From positions 68,040-132,039 of the forward strand of contig MFKT01000029.1 in the NCBI GenBank assembly GCA_001781125.1: 64,000 bases of DNA. Direction: 5' to 3'. The position numbers and the translations under genes are program-made. The notes beneath the pieces are model-generated. The model was not told the origin of the DNA and did not search any database. It saw only the letters and a list, made by a program, of their open reading frames with translations. Source of the DNA: Candidatus Kaiserbacteria bacterium RIFCSPHIGHO2_01_FULL_53_29. Its GTDB lineage: Bacteria > Patescibacteriota > Minisyncoccia > Phycocordibacterales > UBA2100. Shown here piece after piece: positions 1-10,023 of the stretch (position 1 is the first letter of the stretch; each line of letters begins with the position of its first letter).

Positions 1-929
1 TGGGTCAATCCGGAATAAAAGAGAACCTCCGCATCCTTCTCACTGCCGCCAAGGGGCGCAATCACCAGCCCGAGCACGTGCTCCTCTATGGCCCGCCGGG
101 GCTTGGCAAGACCACCCTCGCGCATTTGATGACCAAGGAGATCGGCGCCTCAATGCGCTCCACTTCCGGCCCTGCGATCGAGCGTGTGGGTGATCTCGCC
201 GCGATCCTCACCAATCTCAACGCCGGTGATGTGCTTTTTATCGACGAGATCCATCGTCTCAATCGCACCATCGAGGAAGTGATGTATCCCGCGATGGAGG
301 CGGGGGTCCTCGATATCGTCATCGGCAAGGGGCCATCGGCGCGCACGGTGCAACTCGAGTTGCCTCCGTTCACTCTGATAGCTGCCACCACGCGCATATC
401 GATGCTCTCGGCACCGCTGCGCTCGCGCTTCTCCGGCGGCACCTTCCGTTTGCAATACTATTCCGACGACGAAATAGCGGAGATATTGAAACGTTCTGCA
501 AAAATCCTCAAAATCGAGATCGACGGCGAGTCGCTCAAGGAAGTTGCGACAAGAAGTCGCGCCACCCCGCGCACGGCCAATTATTTATTGAAACGCGCAC
601 GTGATTTCGCGGAAGTGAATGAGGAGAGATTGGATCTGAAGACGGTAAAAAAAGCGCTCGCGCTCCTCGAGATAGACGAGATGGGATTGAACCAAACCGA
701 CCGCGACATCCTTACCGTCATCGCCGAGAAATTTAAAGGTGGTCCGGTGGGATTGAAGACCATCGCCGCTTCCCTCTCGGAAGAAGAGGCGACCATCGAA
801 GAGGTCAACGAGCCATACCTTATGCAAATGGGCCTCATCGAGCGCACTCCCCGCGGCCGCGCCATCACCAAAAAAGGCTACGACCATATCGGCGCGGAAA
901 TTCCGAGCGCGCAGCAAAAATTAATATGA
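1..929 (+). CDS. ruvB: Holliday junction branch migration helicase RuvB (5' end truncated by window edge)
   Basis: In-frame translation from nt 3 gives GQSGIKENLRILLTAAKGRNHQPEHVLLYGPPGLGKTTLA: the Walker A motif plus the full RuvB AAA+ and C-terminal winged-helix region. No upstream stop codon within the window. Confidence 0.9.
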   Translation, partial: GQSGIKENLRILLTAAKGRNHQPEHVLLYGPPGLGKTTLAHLMTKEIGASMRSTSGPAIERVGDLAAILTNLNAGDVLFIDEIHRLNRTIEEVMYPAMEAGVLDIVIGKGPSARTVQLELPPFTLIAATTRISMLSAPLRSRFSGGTFRLQYYSDDEIAEILKRSAKILKIEIDGESLKEVATRSRATPRTANYLLKRARDFAEVNEERLDLKTVKKALALLEIDEMGLNQTDRDILTVIAEKFKGGPVGLKTIAASLSEEEATIEEVNEPYLMQMGLIERTPRGRAITKKGYDHIGAEIPSAQQKLI

Positions 930-1014
930 GTCCGTTATCTTGGTTTGTGGGGATAAAGGCACTTGTCCTCTAAATGACGTGTACTATATAGGTCACAAGC
1001 GCACGGTAAACAAA

Positions 1015-1044
1015 AGACCTCCGCAAGGGAGGTCTTTTGCTTTT
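1015..1044. terminator. Rho-independent terminator hairpin after ruvB (agacctcc-gcaa-ggaggtct followed by T-rich tract)
   Basis: Perfect 8-bp stem with tetraloop, followed by tttgctttt. Lies between ruvB and the convergent minus-strand gene. Confidence 0.7.
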
Positions 1045-1333
1045 CGGTCATTGGGAATCGATGCTCTGCTCCGCGCGACTTGATACGATCTCACCGCACT
1101 TCGCACAACACCTCACTGCTCTGACCGACTGCTCCTGCAGCATCTTCGTACTTTCGTACGGGATAGATCCAAGGAACGTTCGTCTGGGTGCCAACATTGC
1201 TGCGAGCCCTTCGACGACGACCGACGCACGGTTAGGCACATCGATAGAGGAGATAATATCGTATCGAAAGAACCCCACGCAACGCCGCAAACCCCAAAAA
1301 TGGGGGATTTCGAGTGGATAGAGCTGTGGAAAA

Positions 1334-3127
1334 CTACTCTCCCCTCATGGCACGTTGGATATCCGCAATACGGCGGCTTATTTGGTCTAGGGTCTGCCTC
1401 GCGCTACTTTGAATGTTACCCACTATCGTAGCGATGCCCTGTTCTAGTAGGGTAACAATGCTCTGCGGTAGGGCTACAGGCTGCGATGCGATGCGGATGT
1501 TTTCTGCGACAGAATTAATGCGCGCGATATCATCGTCAAGGCGCGGCGCTGGGACAGATATATTGGGTGCCGGCGCTCGGATGTCGTCAACGACGCTCGT
1601 GACACGGGCGATGCTCGTATCCACCGCCTCGACAGCCGGCGTGAGCCGGACCTCGTTGGTGAGCAGGGTACTTGCCTCTCGAGTCGCGACTCCTGTTGCG
1701 AACTGTTCGGCATCACGAGCGACCGTGCGATACGTGCTCGTGAGGAATGCGTCGGCCGCAGTGTTCACGAGCGGCCGCAATGCCGCACTCGCGAGCGGTG
1801 CCACGGTCGCAACATCAAGCACCGTGCGATACCCGCTCCCTATCGGGTCAAGTCCGTTCTCGAGCGCGCGCTCGGGATCCGGATTGAATCCCGGGAGACT
1901 CACGAGTTCGCCCAGATTGCGCGCGACCAACGCGACCCCCGCTACCGTTTCCGCACCGAGCACTCCCGCACCATGCACGACATCGCCGAGCGACATATTT
2001 TCAAGGTTCACGCCGGCAGCAAGGTCGGTTGAAACGCTCTTGCCCCAATCGGAAATCGCATTGAGTACACCTGACGCACTACCCTCTCCACGTTGCGCCT
2101 GCCCTATCGCCTGCTGCAGGCTTGCAGACGGCGTGCCCGCGCGGTAATTCTCATATTCGGCTTGGATGGCCTCGGCCTGTCGTTGCAATTCTTGGCGGAC
2201 AAGCTCGCGTGCAGTGTCACCGCCGTCGCCCGAGCCTGTCTGCTCAGTGATGAGCGCATCCATACGATCCAAACGTGCCTGTGTACGCTCGCGCGCTTCG
2301 ACGTATCGCTGGTCTATCGCCGCATCGACGTTCTCCCCCGTCGCAGTCAGGACAGGTGCCTGCACTTGCTCGGACGTAGGCGCACGCGCCGCCTCATCTT
2401 GCAGCCGCTGCCTGAACTCGCCGATTTCCCGTTGCCGCGCTTCAAAGCGCGCATCAAAATCCGTCTGCGATCGGTCCAGCTCCTGTGCGAATTCGACGCG
2501 CCGCCGCGCAAAGCACGATTCCAGAGATTCGGAGTCCAGGCAATTCGAAGACGGCATGATGTTCGCGCTCTGCCACAAATCAGGATTAAGGGGGGCTCCC
2601 TGCAGTTCCTCCGGCGGATTCTCTTTTGCCTCTTTTTGCTCCGACCGCAATGTCGTTCGGGGCGTCTCATGAGCCGCCGGCTCTTTCAAATCATCGGTCG
2701 AAAGCCCCGGCGCAGGTGCTACCGTCGGGCTCCCCTGCGTCTCGCCCGCAAGATAACGCTTGAGGTCCTCGAGCTCGGCCTTGTCCGCGTCGACTATCGC
2801 CTGCAGCGTCTGCTCCATCGTATCGCGGCATATGCGTGTGATGGTCTTCCCATCGTTCGTGCGCATGATCACGCGTCCGGGCATGTTCTTGTACGCCTCT
2901 CCATCGTCGGTCACCGTCATCTCCGGCGTACCTTTCTCACCCTCCTTCACGTTATACGTGTGTCCGTCGCGACATTCCGCTGGGATTTTCGTACTGAGAG
3001 GAGTCGGGGAACCTACGAGCGCCGTTTGTGAGGGGGCCGATACAGGCGCGAAGGACGCTGTACCAAGGCCAAGAACGAGCGCCGCAACTACGCCGAAAAG
3101 ATCCATCATACCGACATGGTAACTCAT
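1334..3127 (-). CDS. Secreted coiled-coil protein of unknown function (598 aa), inserted between ruvB and yebC-ruvC
   Basis: Start taken at the internal Met (MSYHVGMMDLFGVVAALVLGLGTASFA), which gives a signal-peptide-like N-terminus. Long ORF with Q/E/R-rich coiled-coil stretches. No recognisable catalytic motif. Confidence 0.55.
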   Translation of the reverse strand: MSYHVGMMDLFGVVAALVLGLGTASFAPVSAPSQTALVGSPTPLSTKIPAECRDGHTYNVKEGEKGTPEMTVTDDGEAYKNMPGRVIMRTNDGKTITRICRDTMEQTLQAIVDADKAELEDLKRYLAGETQGSPTVAPAPGLSTDDLKEPAAHETPRTTLRSEQKEAKENPPEELQGAPLNPDLWQSANIMPSSNCLDSESLESCFARRRVEFAQELDRSQTDFDARFEARQREIGEFRQRLQDEAARAPTSEQVQAPVLTATGENVDAAIDQRYVEARERTQARLDRMDALITEQTGSGDGGDTARELVRQELQRQAEAIQAEYENYRAGTPSASLQQAIGQAQRGEGSASGVLNAISDWGKSVSTDLAAGVNLENMSLGDVVHGAGVLGAETVAGVALVARNLGELVSLPGFNPDPERALENGLDPIGSGYRTVLDVATVAPLASAALRPLVNTAADAFLTSTYRTVARDAEQFATGVATREASTLLTNEVRLTPAVEAVDTSIARVTSVVDDIRAPAPNISVPAPRLDDDIARINSVAENIRIASQPVALPQSIVTLLEQGIATIVGNIQSSARQTLDQISRRIADIQRAMRGE

Positions 3128-3164
3128 TTTTGCGAGACTCTTGCAATCTGTATACAATGGCTCC

Positions 3165-3695
3165 ATGTCCGGACACAATAAATGGGCGCAGATAAAGCGG
3201 CAAAAGGGTGCGAATGACAGCGCGAAAAGTAAAGTGTGGGGTACATTCGGGAAACGCATCGCCGTTGAGAGTAAAAAGGCCAATGGTGATGTGAGCGCGC
3301 CGGGCCTGCGTGCGATGATCGAACGGGCAAAGAAAGAAAATATGCCCAAAGATGCCATCGAGCGCGCGGTCGCAAAAGGGACCGCATCAGACGCAGCAGC
3401 GCTCGAAGCCGTCACCTATGAGACCTACGGTCCGGGTGGCGCTGCGATCGTGATCGAAGCGCTCACCGACAGTCGCAACCGCACGGCACAAGAAATAAAA
3501 CATCTGCTTTCTGCGCTCGGTCTCGCACTCGCATCCCCCGGAAGCGCTCTTTGGGCATTTGAAAAAACCGCGGAAGGCTATACTCCCAAGACCACTGTCC
3601 CACTTTCAGAAACCGATGACGCGCAACTAATGAAAATAATGGAACAGATCGATGCACATGATGACGTGGAAGAAGTGTACACCAACGCCGAATAG
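3165..3695 (+). CDS. yebC: YebC/PmpR-family transcriptional regulator, compact 177-aa form
   Basis: N-terminus MSGHNKWAQIKRQKG and the conserved motif YETYGPGGAAIVIEALTDSRNRT match the YebC family. Sits immediately upstream of ruvC, as in many bacteria. Confidence 0.8.
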   Translation: MSGHNKWAQIKRQKGANDSAKSKVWGTFGKRIAVESKKANGDVSAPGLRAMIERAKKENMPKDAIERAVAKGTASDAAALEAVTYETYGPGGAAIVIEALTDSRNRTAQEIKHLLSALGLALASPGSALWAFEKTAEGYTPKTTVPLSETDDAQLMKIMEQIDAHDDVEEVYTNAE

Positions 3696-3696
3696 C

Positions 3697-3790
3697 CAGC
3701 AGCTCGTAGCTTGGAGCCTGTAGCCTGAAGAAATGCGATACTAGATGCATGGCGTTTTGCTACCAGCTACAAGCTACTGGCTACAAGCTA
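3697..3790. repeat. Heptamer-array inverted-repeat element (GTAGCNN x4 arms with a 28-nt spacer) between yebC and ruvC
   Basis: Left arm agcagctcgtagcttggagcctgtagcctgaag and right arm gctaccagctacaagctactggctacaagctat are near reverse complements. Member of the seven-copy family in this window. Confidence 0.8.
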
Positions 3791-4284
3791 TGAGAGTGCT
3801 TGCGATAGATCCGGGATACGGCAGATGTGGGGTTGCGGTCGTGGAGAAAAATGGTGGCTCTTCGACTTCGCTCAGGGCAGGGAAAGAAATTCTGCTGTAC
3901 TCCGCGTGTATCAAAACTCCGGCGAGTATGGATTTTCCGGAGCGGCTTGCGATCGTCGCCGACGAATGTGCGCGGCTCATCAAGACTCACGAGCCGGATT
4001 GCCTCGCGATGGAAAAATTATATTTCAGCACGAATCAAAAGACCGCAATGCGGGTCGCCGAAGTGCGCGGCGCTCTGCTCTCCACCGCCAACAACGCTGG
4101 CCTTAAAGTATTTGAATATACGCCCGGCGAGGTGAAGAGTGCGGCGGCAGGCAGCGGAAGCGCCGACAAAAAAGCGGTCGCCCAAATGCTCCGTGCGCTC
4201 GTGAAAATAGAAAAAAAGATCGAGCATGATGACGAATACGATGCCATAGCCATCGCCGTTACACACCTTGCAAGAGTGCGCTAG
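3790..4284 (+). CDS. ruvC: Crossover junction endodeoxyribonuclease RuvC
   Basis: MRVLAIDPGYGRCGVAVVEK N-terminus with the catalytic Asp. Internal Met chosen over the ORF-track start, which lies inside the repeat element. Confidence 0.85.
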   Translation: MRVLAIDPGYGRCGVAVVEKNGGSSTSLRAGKEILLYSACIKTPASMDFPERLAIVADECARLIKTHEPDCLAMEKLYFSTNQKTAMRVAEVRGALLSTANNAGLKVFEYTPGEVKSAAAGSGSADKKAVAQMLRALVKIEKKIEHDDEYDAIAIAVTHLARVR

Positions 4285-4318
4285 GTCAGACGTCTAAAAG
4301 CGATATAATCACTCGAAT

Positions 4319-6796
4319 ATGCGGTCTCTCCGAAAATTGTTGCGGCGCCTCGTCTACATATGGCGGGCGCTTCCTGCGTGGCTTGAATTCGGCATTATCG
4401 GCTCTGCGGCGGTCGTCTTGCTCATCCTTGGAACCGCGGTCGTGTGGGCAACGGTAATGCCGATCCCGGCCATCAACAACTTCCAGAACCGTCAGGTGGC
4501 GCAATCAACGAAAATTTACGACCGCACCGGCAACATCGTTCTCTACGATGTACACGGCACTATGCGGCGCACAGCCGTCCCGATAGACCAAATTTCTCCG
4601 TACGTCCAAAAAGCGGCGGTCGCGGTGGAAGATGAAACATTCTATACCAACGCGGGTTTTCGCCCGCTGTCGTTCTTGCGGGCTGTCGGCACAAACATTC
4701 TTCAGGGAAAACCCCTAAGCGGCCAGGGCGGCTCGACCATCACCCAGCAAGTGGTAAAAAACGCGCTTCTCACGCAGGAGAAGACCGTCTCCCGTAAGAT
4801 CCAAGAAATCATCCTCGCCCTGCGATTGACGCACGTGTACACCAAAGACCAGATACTGAATACGTACCTCAACGAGAGCCCGTACGGTGGTACGATCTAC
4901 GGCGTACAGGAAGCGAGCCAGTATTTTTTCGGCGTCGACGCGAAAGATGTGGATCTGGCACAAGCGGCATACCTTGCGGCACTTCCGCAAGCGCCGACGT
5001 ATTTCTCTCCGTACGGCAACCACCGAGATGCGCTTGATGAGCGCAAAAATTTCGTTCTGTTCCGTATGAAGGATAGCGGATTCATTACGGACGAGGAATA
5101 CGACCAGGCGTTCAACGAAAAGGTGCAATTCAAGGACGTGCGCGAGGCCGGCATCAAGGCGCCGCATTTCGTCTTCTATATCCGCGAACACCTCGAGCAA
5201 AAGTATGGAGTTGATGCGGTAAGTCAGGGCGGCTTGCGTGTTACGACGACGCTCGACTACGACCTGCAGAAAAAAGCCGAGGAAATCGTCGCCAAATTCG
5301 CGCCCAGTATGCTGAGAGATTTCAACGCATCCAATCAAGCGATCGTTGCGATCGACCCGAAGTCGGGGCAAATTCTCGCCATGGTCGGATCAAAGGGCTA
5401 CTTCGACGAGACGATCGACGGCAAGGTGAACGTCGCGCTTGCGAATCGCCAACCCGGTTCTTCGTTCAAGCCGTTCGTGTACGCGACCGCGTTTCAAAAG
5501 GGCTACACGCCCGACACGGTCGTCTTCGATCTGAAGACACAGTTCTCGACGCGATGCGGGGTGCAGGATATCTTGAACGACACGCCGCCGTGTTACTCCC
5601 CCGACAATTTCGACGGCACATTCAAGGGCCCAATAACACTGCGCAACGCGATCGCGCAGTCGGTGAATGTTCCTTCGGTCAAAACTCTCTATCTTGCGGG
5701 GATCAGGGATTCGATCACAACTGCGCGGGACCTCGGCATCACAACACTGAGCAATGCCAATCAATACGGGCTCACGCTCGTCTTGGGCGGCGGAGAGGTG
5801 AATCTTTTGGAAATGACGGGGGCCTATAGCGTATTCGCCAACGATGGCCTCCGGAATCCCCCGACGGGTATTTTGCGCGTCGAAGATAATGCCGGCACTA
5901 TTCTTGAAAGCTACCAGCAGCAGGCGACACAAGTGCTTGATCCGCAGATCGCGCGGCAGATCAACGACGTGCTCTCCGACAATGTCGCGCGCACGCCAGA
6001 ATTCGGGGCCGACTCGCCCCTGAATTTTCCGGGCTATGATGTTGCCGACAAAACGGGAACGACCAACGATTTCCATGACGTGTGGATCTTGGGATATACG
6101 CCGGGCATTGCCGTCGGCGCGTGGGCGGGCAACAATAACAACACCGCAATGGCGAAAAGAATAGCTGCATTCATTATTGCGCCGATGTGGCATGAATTCA
6201 TGGATGCAGCACTCCAAAAGTACTCTTCGCAATCTGATACCTTTGAGGCATCCGCACCGGACGCGAGCTCGTCTTCATTTCCTCCGGTCTTGAGTGGCAA
6301 CTGGAACACTGATCCTTCGCGGGGCGTCCACGATATTTTGTATTGGATAGACAAAGATAATCCGCGTGCAGGCCGCTCGACGAATCCCTGGAGCGATCCA
6401 CAATTCGCCTATTGGGATTATCCGGTGCAGATCTGGGCCGGTCAACAATTCGCACCGGAGGCGACCAGTACCGATCAGGGGGTGCCCGGAGGACCGGATA
6501 TTCCGGGTAACTCCGGCACTGACACGGCGCAATCGGGTTTCCAAATTACATCTCCGCAGCAAGGCGCATCCATCCCCTTCGGCGCGTCAATCACCTTTAG
6601 CGCCGCCTCATCGCAAGCAAGGGAGATCACAAACATCTCATATTTCGTCAATGGAGCCCTCATCGGCACGACCGGGCAGCCTCCCTACACAGCCTCATTT
6701 ACCGCAAACGCGCGCGGCACTGCGGTCTTGCGCGCCGTTGCGCTGCACCTCGATGGTACAAGCGAAGAGCAAACAATAACGTTTACGGTGCAGTAA
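4319..6796 (+). CDS. Class A penicillin-binding protein (glycosyltransferase plus transpeptidase) with a C-terminal Ig-like extension
   Basis: N-terminal TM segment. GT51 motifs (GGSTITQQ, RKIQE), and transpeptidase motifs SSFKP and KTGTT. 825 aa. Confidence 0.9.
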   Translation: MRSLRKLLRRLVYIWRALPAWLEFGIIGSAAVVLLILGTAVVWATVMPIPAINNFQNRQVAQSTKIYDRTGNIVLYDVHGTMRRTAVPIDQISPYVQKAAVAVEDETFYTNAGFRPLSFLRAVGTNILQGKPLSGQGGSTITQQVVKNALLTQEKTVSRKIQEIILALRLTHVYTKDQILNTYLNESPYGGTIYGVQEASQYFFGVDAKDVDLAQAAYLAALPQAPTYFSPYGNHRDALDERKNFVLFRMKDSGFITDEEYDQAFNEKVQFKDVREAGIKAPHFVFYIREHLEQKYGVDAVSQGGLRVTTTLDYDLQKKAEEIVAKFAPSMLRDFNASNQAIVAIDPKSGQILAMVGSKGYFDETIDGKVNVALANRQPGSSFKPFVYATAFQKGYTPDTVVFDLKTQFSTRCGVQDILNDTPPCYSPDNFDGTFKGPITLRNAIAQSVNVPSVKTLYLAGIRDSITTARDLGITTLSNANQYGLTLVLGGGEVNLLEMTGAYSVFANDGLRNPPTGILRVEDNAGTILESYQQQATQVLDPQIARQINDVLSDNVARTPEFGADSPLNFPGYDVADKTGTTNDFHDVWILGYTPGIAVGAWAGNNNNTAMAKRIAAFIIAPMWHEFMDAALQKYSSQSDTFEASAPDASSSSFPPVLSGNWNTDPSRGVHDILYWIDKDNPRAGRSTNPWSDPQFAYWDYPVQIWAGQQFAPEATSTDQGVPGGPDIPGNSGTDTAQSGFQITSPQQGASIPFGASITFSAASSQAREITNISYFVNGALIGTTGQPPYTASFTANARGTAVLRAVALHLDGTSEEQTITFTVQ

Positions 6797-6814
6797 AAAT
6801 CTGGCGCGGTCTTT

Positions 6815-7411
6815 TCAGGACTTCTTTTTGAATTCGCCGATTTCTTTTTCCAATTTTTTTATCTGCATCTCCAGTTTCTGCGTCCGTTCCACCATTCGAC
6901 CCCCAAGATGATTCGCGTGGAGGGCTACCGTGTCGGCAATGAACATTATTTCTGTCACGTCCTCTATGGCGAGAAGTATGATGGGGGGAAATAATCCCGC
7001 GACAGCATCCCCTTTATAGATCCGGCGGGCGTTCAGGATCATTACCCTGCGCCCGATGAGGGGAAATTCGTGGACGACCTCAAACCCTTTAAAAAAAGAA
7101 TTTTGGGGCAGGATATCCTCAAGAAGTTTCCGCAGGGCGGGAATATTCCATTGACCGTTCCCGAGTTCATACACCAGTTTTTTCTCGGTATCCTTCAGCT
7201 CGACCTGAAATGTCCGGCAAAAAGATTCGTTGGCCACCATCACCCGAAGTTTTTCATCAAGAATCAAGAACGGCTCCCGTACCGTGTCTACGATGGTCTT
7301 GATATAGTCCCAGCTTTCTTCCCACAAACGCATCGTTATACCGATCTCTCCCAGATCAAGTCTTTCCTTGGTGATGTTTGTGGTCTGTTCTTTTTTAATA
7401 TCTTTTTTCAT
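6815..7411 (-). CDS. PAS-domain protein (sensor-like, no output domain)
   Basis: 198-aa ORF with a PAS-like fold signature in the central region. Lower GC than neighbouring genes. Convergent with the PBP gene. Confidence 0.55.
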   Translation of the reverse strand: MKKDIKKEQTTNITKERLDLGEIGITMRLWEESWDYIKTIVDTVREPFLILDEKLRVMVANESFCRTFQVELKDTEKKLVYELGNGQWNIPALRKLLEDILPQNSFFKGFEVVHEFPLIGRRVMILNARRIYKGDAVAGLFPPIILLAIEDVTEIMFIADTVALHANHLGGRMVERTQKLEMQIKKLEKEIGEFKKKS

Positions 7412-7529
7412 ACTACCAGTGCCGTCTCGGGGCCCGGATTATTACAAAAAATTGCCATTAAGGTACCGACGTGGTATAGTCAAAATCTCGACAGTATCTT
7501 CATGAAAATATCACCGCAAGAGTGACAGA

Positions 7530-8138
7530 GTGGTGGCACGGGCTATGTCGCCCCTCGATATGATGAATAAACTCCAAGAAACGCCGCAACGCAGGGTAAA
7601 AACAGCGGGCTTTTCTAACAGCGATGCTGTACGCAGGGCGGAGGCGCTCCTAACATCGGCGGAGCACGAGTACGGCAAAGGCCTGAGCCGACACTCATTT
7701 TTCAAGCTCCAAAATCGCGGACTTTCTGAAGACTTGGTGCAGGATACCTTCATGAGAACGTGGAGCTACCTCGTCAAAGGCGGAAAGATCGATGTGATGA
7801 AAGCATTTCTCTACCACATTCTCAATAACCTTATTGTAGATGAATATCGCAAGCACAAAACGCTCTCCCTCGATGTTCTTCTCGAAGATGGCTATGAGCC
7901 GGCCATCGACGAGCGCGGACGTCTCTACGACATCCTGGATGGAAAGGCGGCACTTCTCTTGATCCAGCGCCTCCCCGAGGTGTATCGAAAAGTGATGCGT
8001 ATGCGCTACATTCAGGATCTGTCACTTGAAGAGATGTCCGGTATTACCGGACAATCACGGAACGCTCTGTGCGTGCAGCTTCACCGCGGACTGAAGAGGC
8101 TCAAACTTTTGTACGGAGATACGGCCGTAACGGGATAG
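7530..8138 (+). CDS. ECF-type RNA polymerase sigma-70 factor
   Basis: Sigma-70 region 2 (LVQDTFMRTWSYL) and region 4 HTH (LSLEEMSGITGQSRNALCVQLHRGLKRL). Start could alternatively be the Met at 7545. Confidence 0.75.
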   Translation: MVARAMSPLDMMNKLQETPQRRVKTAGFSNSDAVRRAEALLTSAEHEYGKGLSRHSFFKLQNRGLSEDLVQDTFMRTWSYLVKGGKIDVMKAFLYHILNNLIVDEYRKHKTLSLDVLLEDGYEPAIDERGRLYDILDGKAALLLIQRLPEVYRKVMRMRYIQDLSLEEMSGITGQSRNALCVQLHRGLKRLKLLYGDTAVTG

Positions 8139-8164
8139 GGAACAACGAAAAAACATTCCACCGC

Positions 8165-8656
8165 TTACTCCCGCACAACCTGCGTATCAATTATCGGCTC
8201 CGTGCCGCCTCCACTTATTTTTCCTGTCACCGTAACGATGTCACCCACCTGAATATCCGAGAGTGTCTCTTTTTTGCCATTCTGTGTGAGAAATTGGGTG
8301 TTGTAATTTGTCTCCAGTATCCACGTAAGATCCGACGAACCCCATGACATCCCCACATGGATCGTGCCGCCATTCATTGCGAGTACGTGCGCTCCGCGCA
8401 AAAGCACGAGGCCGTTATTCGCGATGTTGACCTCGACCATCGGCGCTTCCTCGCCCGAGACTGCCACAACGGGCGCTTGTGCGGAGAGATAAGCCTTGCC
8501 CGGGGAGGACGTGATCGCCGCGCTGCCTGCGCTGAGCGCGCGAGCTAAGGGTGGTGCATGCACTTGATACAAGAAAAGGCCGGCCAAAAGGAGTGCCCCG
8601 ACCGACACTGCCGCAACAGTGAATATTCTCTGCGAAAAGATATAAGACGGCATCAT
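8165..8656 (-). CDS. Hypothetical membrane-anchored protein downstream of dnaN
   Basis: 163-aa ORF with an N-terminal hydrophobic helix (FTVAAVSVGALLLAGLFLY). No family assignment. Confidence 0.4.
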   Translation of the reverse strand: MMPSYIFSQRIFTVAAVSVGALLLAGLFLYQVHAPPLARALSAGSAAITSSPGKAYLSAQAPVVAVSGEEAPMVEVNIANNGLVLLRGAHVLAMNGGTIHVGMSWGSSDLTWILETNYNTQFLTQNGKKETLSDIQVGDIVTVTGKISGGGTEPIIDTQVVRE

Positions 8657-8707
8657 GCAATACCTGACGGGCAGGTTCGCAATTTATTACAGAGCCGGAT
8701 CCTGGAC

Positions 8708-9805
8708 CTACCTATTGAGCGGCATCACGAGATACGTGAAGGATGGGTCAGAGACTCCGCGGACAACGAGTGGTTTACCCGCCCCGGCGAAGCCCAAGAT
8801 TATCGAATCGGATTCAATGGTGGGAAGACAGTCGGCGAGGTAGCCGATGTGGAAATTTATGTCAAGATCTTCGCCGGAGACTGCCGTCTCGATCAAATCC
8901 GACATCTCGCCCACTTCGGCACTTCGCGCCGTGGCGCTGAAAATTTTACGCTTCGGATACACATGCAAGCCGACATGCTGGTCGTTACCGGAAAATACGC
9001 GTGCTTTGCGGAGCATCTCGGCAAAATCATTTTTCAAGATGGTTGCTTCGGTTGAGAATGTTTTTGGCATGATCTCCTTGTAATTCGGGAATGTGCCATC
9101 AACAACGCGCGATATGTAGCGCACACCGCCCGCAGCAACGCACATCTGCGAATCATCCGCCGATAAACGTATCTCGTCATCCTCCACACGCTCGAGCACG
9201 TGAGAGAGTTCGAGCGCGTGTTTGAGTGGAATTAAAAGTTCTGTGCTTTGTTTTCCCGTGACGTCGGAGATTTTTTTCTCTGCGAGGCGGAAGGAGTCGG
9301 TTGCAACACACACGATCGCGCCGGGTTTTATTGAAACGTACACACTCCCCAATTCTGGCCGGATCATCGAGGGGGACGCGGCATACGAAACAGACTGAAT
9401 GCCGCGCATAAGCTCCGGCCGCGAGACACTCACGCCATTCTTCTCGTCCGCCTCACCGAGTTTGGGGAATTCTTCGCTCGGAATAGATTTTATAAGGGTT
9501 TTGGTACCACGCGACTCTATCACTAAATTTCCCTCTTCAGTTTTGAGTGTGATTTTTTCCCCGGAAATTGAGCGTAATGTTTGTGAAAGTACTACCGCAG
9601 AAACAGCGACGACCCCCTTATCTTCGATCTCACAAGGGACGTGTATCTCAATACCCGCTTCTAAATTTGTCGCGCGCACCAACAAGTCTCCACCAACCTC
9701 AAGAAGCACGCATGAAAGTACAGGGAGAGATTCTTTCTTTCCCGTTATCCGCTCCGCCAATAAAACAGCATTAAGAATTTTCTCCTTAGTTGTTGTTACC
9801 TTCAT
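8708..9805 (-). CDS. dnaN: DNA polymerase III beta sliding clamp
   Basis: 365 aa. N-terminus MKVTTTKEKILNAVLLAERITGKKESLPVLSCVLLEV is typical of DnaN. Located directly downstream of dnaA. Confidence 0.9.
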   Translation of the reverse strand: MKVTTTKEKILNAVLLAERITGKKESLPVLSCVLLEVGGDLLVRATNLEAGIEIHVPCEIEDKGVVAVSAVVLSQTLRSISGEKITLKTEEGNLVIESRGTKTLIKSIPSEEFPKLGEADEKNGVSVSRPELMRGIQSVSYAASPSMIRPELGSVYVSIKPGAIVCVATDSFRLAEKKISDVTGKQSTELLIPLKHALELSHVLERVEDDEIRLSADDSQMCVAAGGVRYISRVVDGTFPNYKEIMPKTFSTEATILKNDFAEMLRKARVFSGNDQHVGLHVYPKRKIFSATARSAEVGEMSDLIETAVSGEDLDINFHIGYLADCLPTIESDSIILGFAGAGKPLVVRGVSDPSFTYLVMPLNR

Positions 9806-10023
9806 ACTAAATTCTTTTTATATAGATACTATTACTACTATTAGTAGTGTGGATATTGGGGAAAAGTATTTTTTATTCAATCCCCAATCCATTTTTCTGG
9901 AGTTTGGATGTGTTGAAAAAAATGCGGATGACTCGAGTAAAGTGTTCATAACATAATTCTGATTTTTTGGGGTGGGGATTACTCGTGGTTTGTTCGATAC
10001 ATATTCACTCGATGTACACAGTG
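9806..10023. promoter_or_regulatory. Candidate oriC / DNA-unwinding region in the dnaA-dnaN intergenic spacer
   Basis: AT-rich 218-bp spacer (ttttatatagatactattactactattag) containing a near-consensus DnaA box TGTGGATAT (about 9851-9859) and weaker box-like sites. Lies in the dnaA-dnaN-rpmH neighbourhood. Confidence 0.45.

Noticed and set aside
1037-1321. 94-aa ORF after ruvB
   Set aside because: Starts inside the ruvB terminator. No RBS and no recognisable protein features.
2093-3031. 312-aa plus-strand ORF and several others antisense to the 1334..3127 gene
   Set aside because: Arg-rich, low-complexity translations. The minus-strand frame has a coherent signal peptide and coiled-coil protein.
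5390-6232. 280-aa minus-strand ORF and other ORFs (4715..5371, 6034..6354, 6275..6562) inside the PBP gene
   Set aside because: Antisense to a well-supported 825-aa penicillin-binding-protein gene. Arg/Cys-rich translations are typical of GC-rich shadow ORFs.
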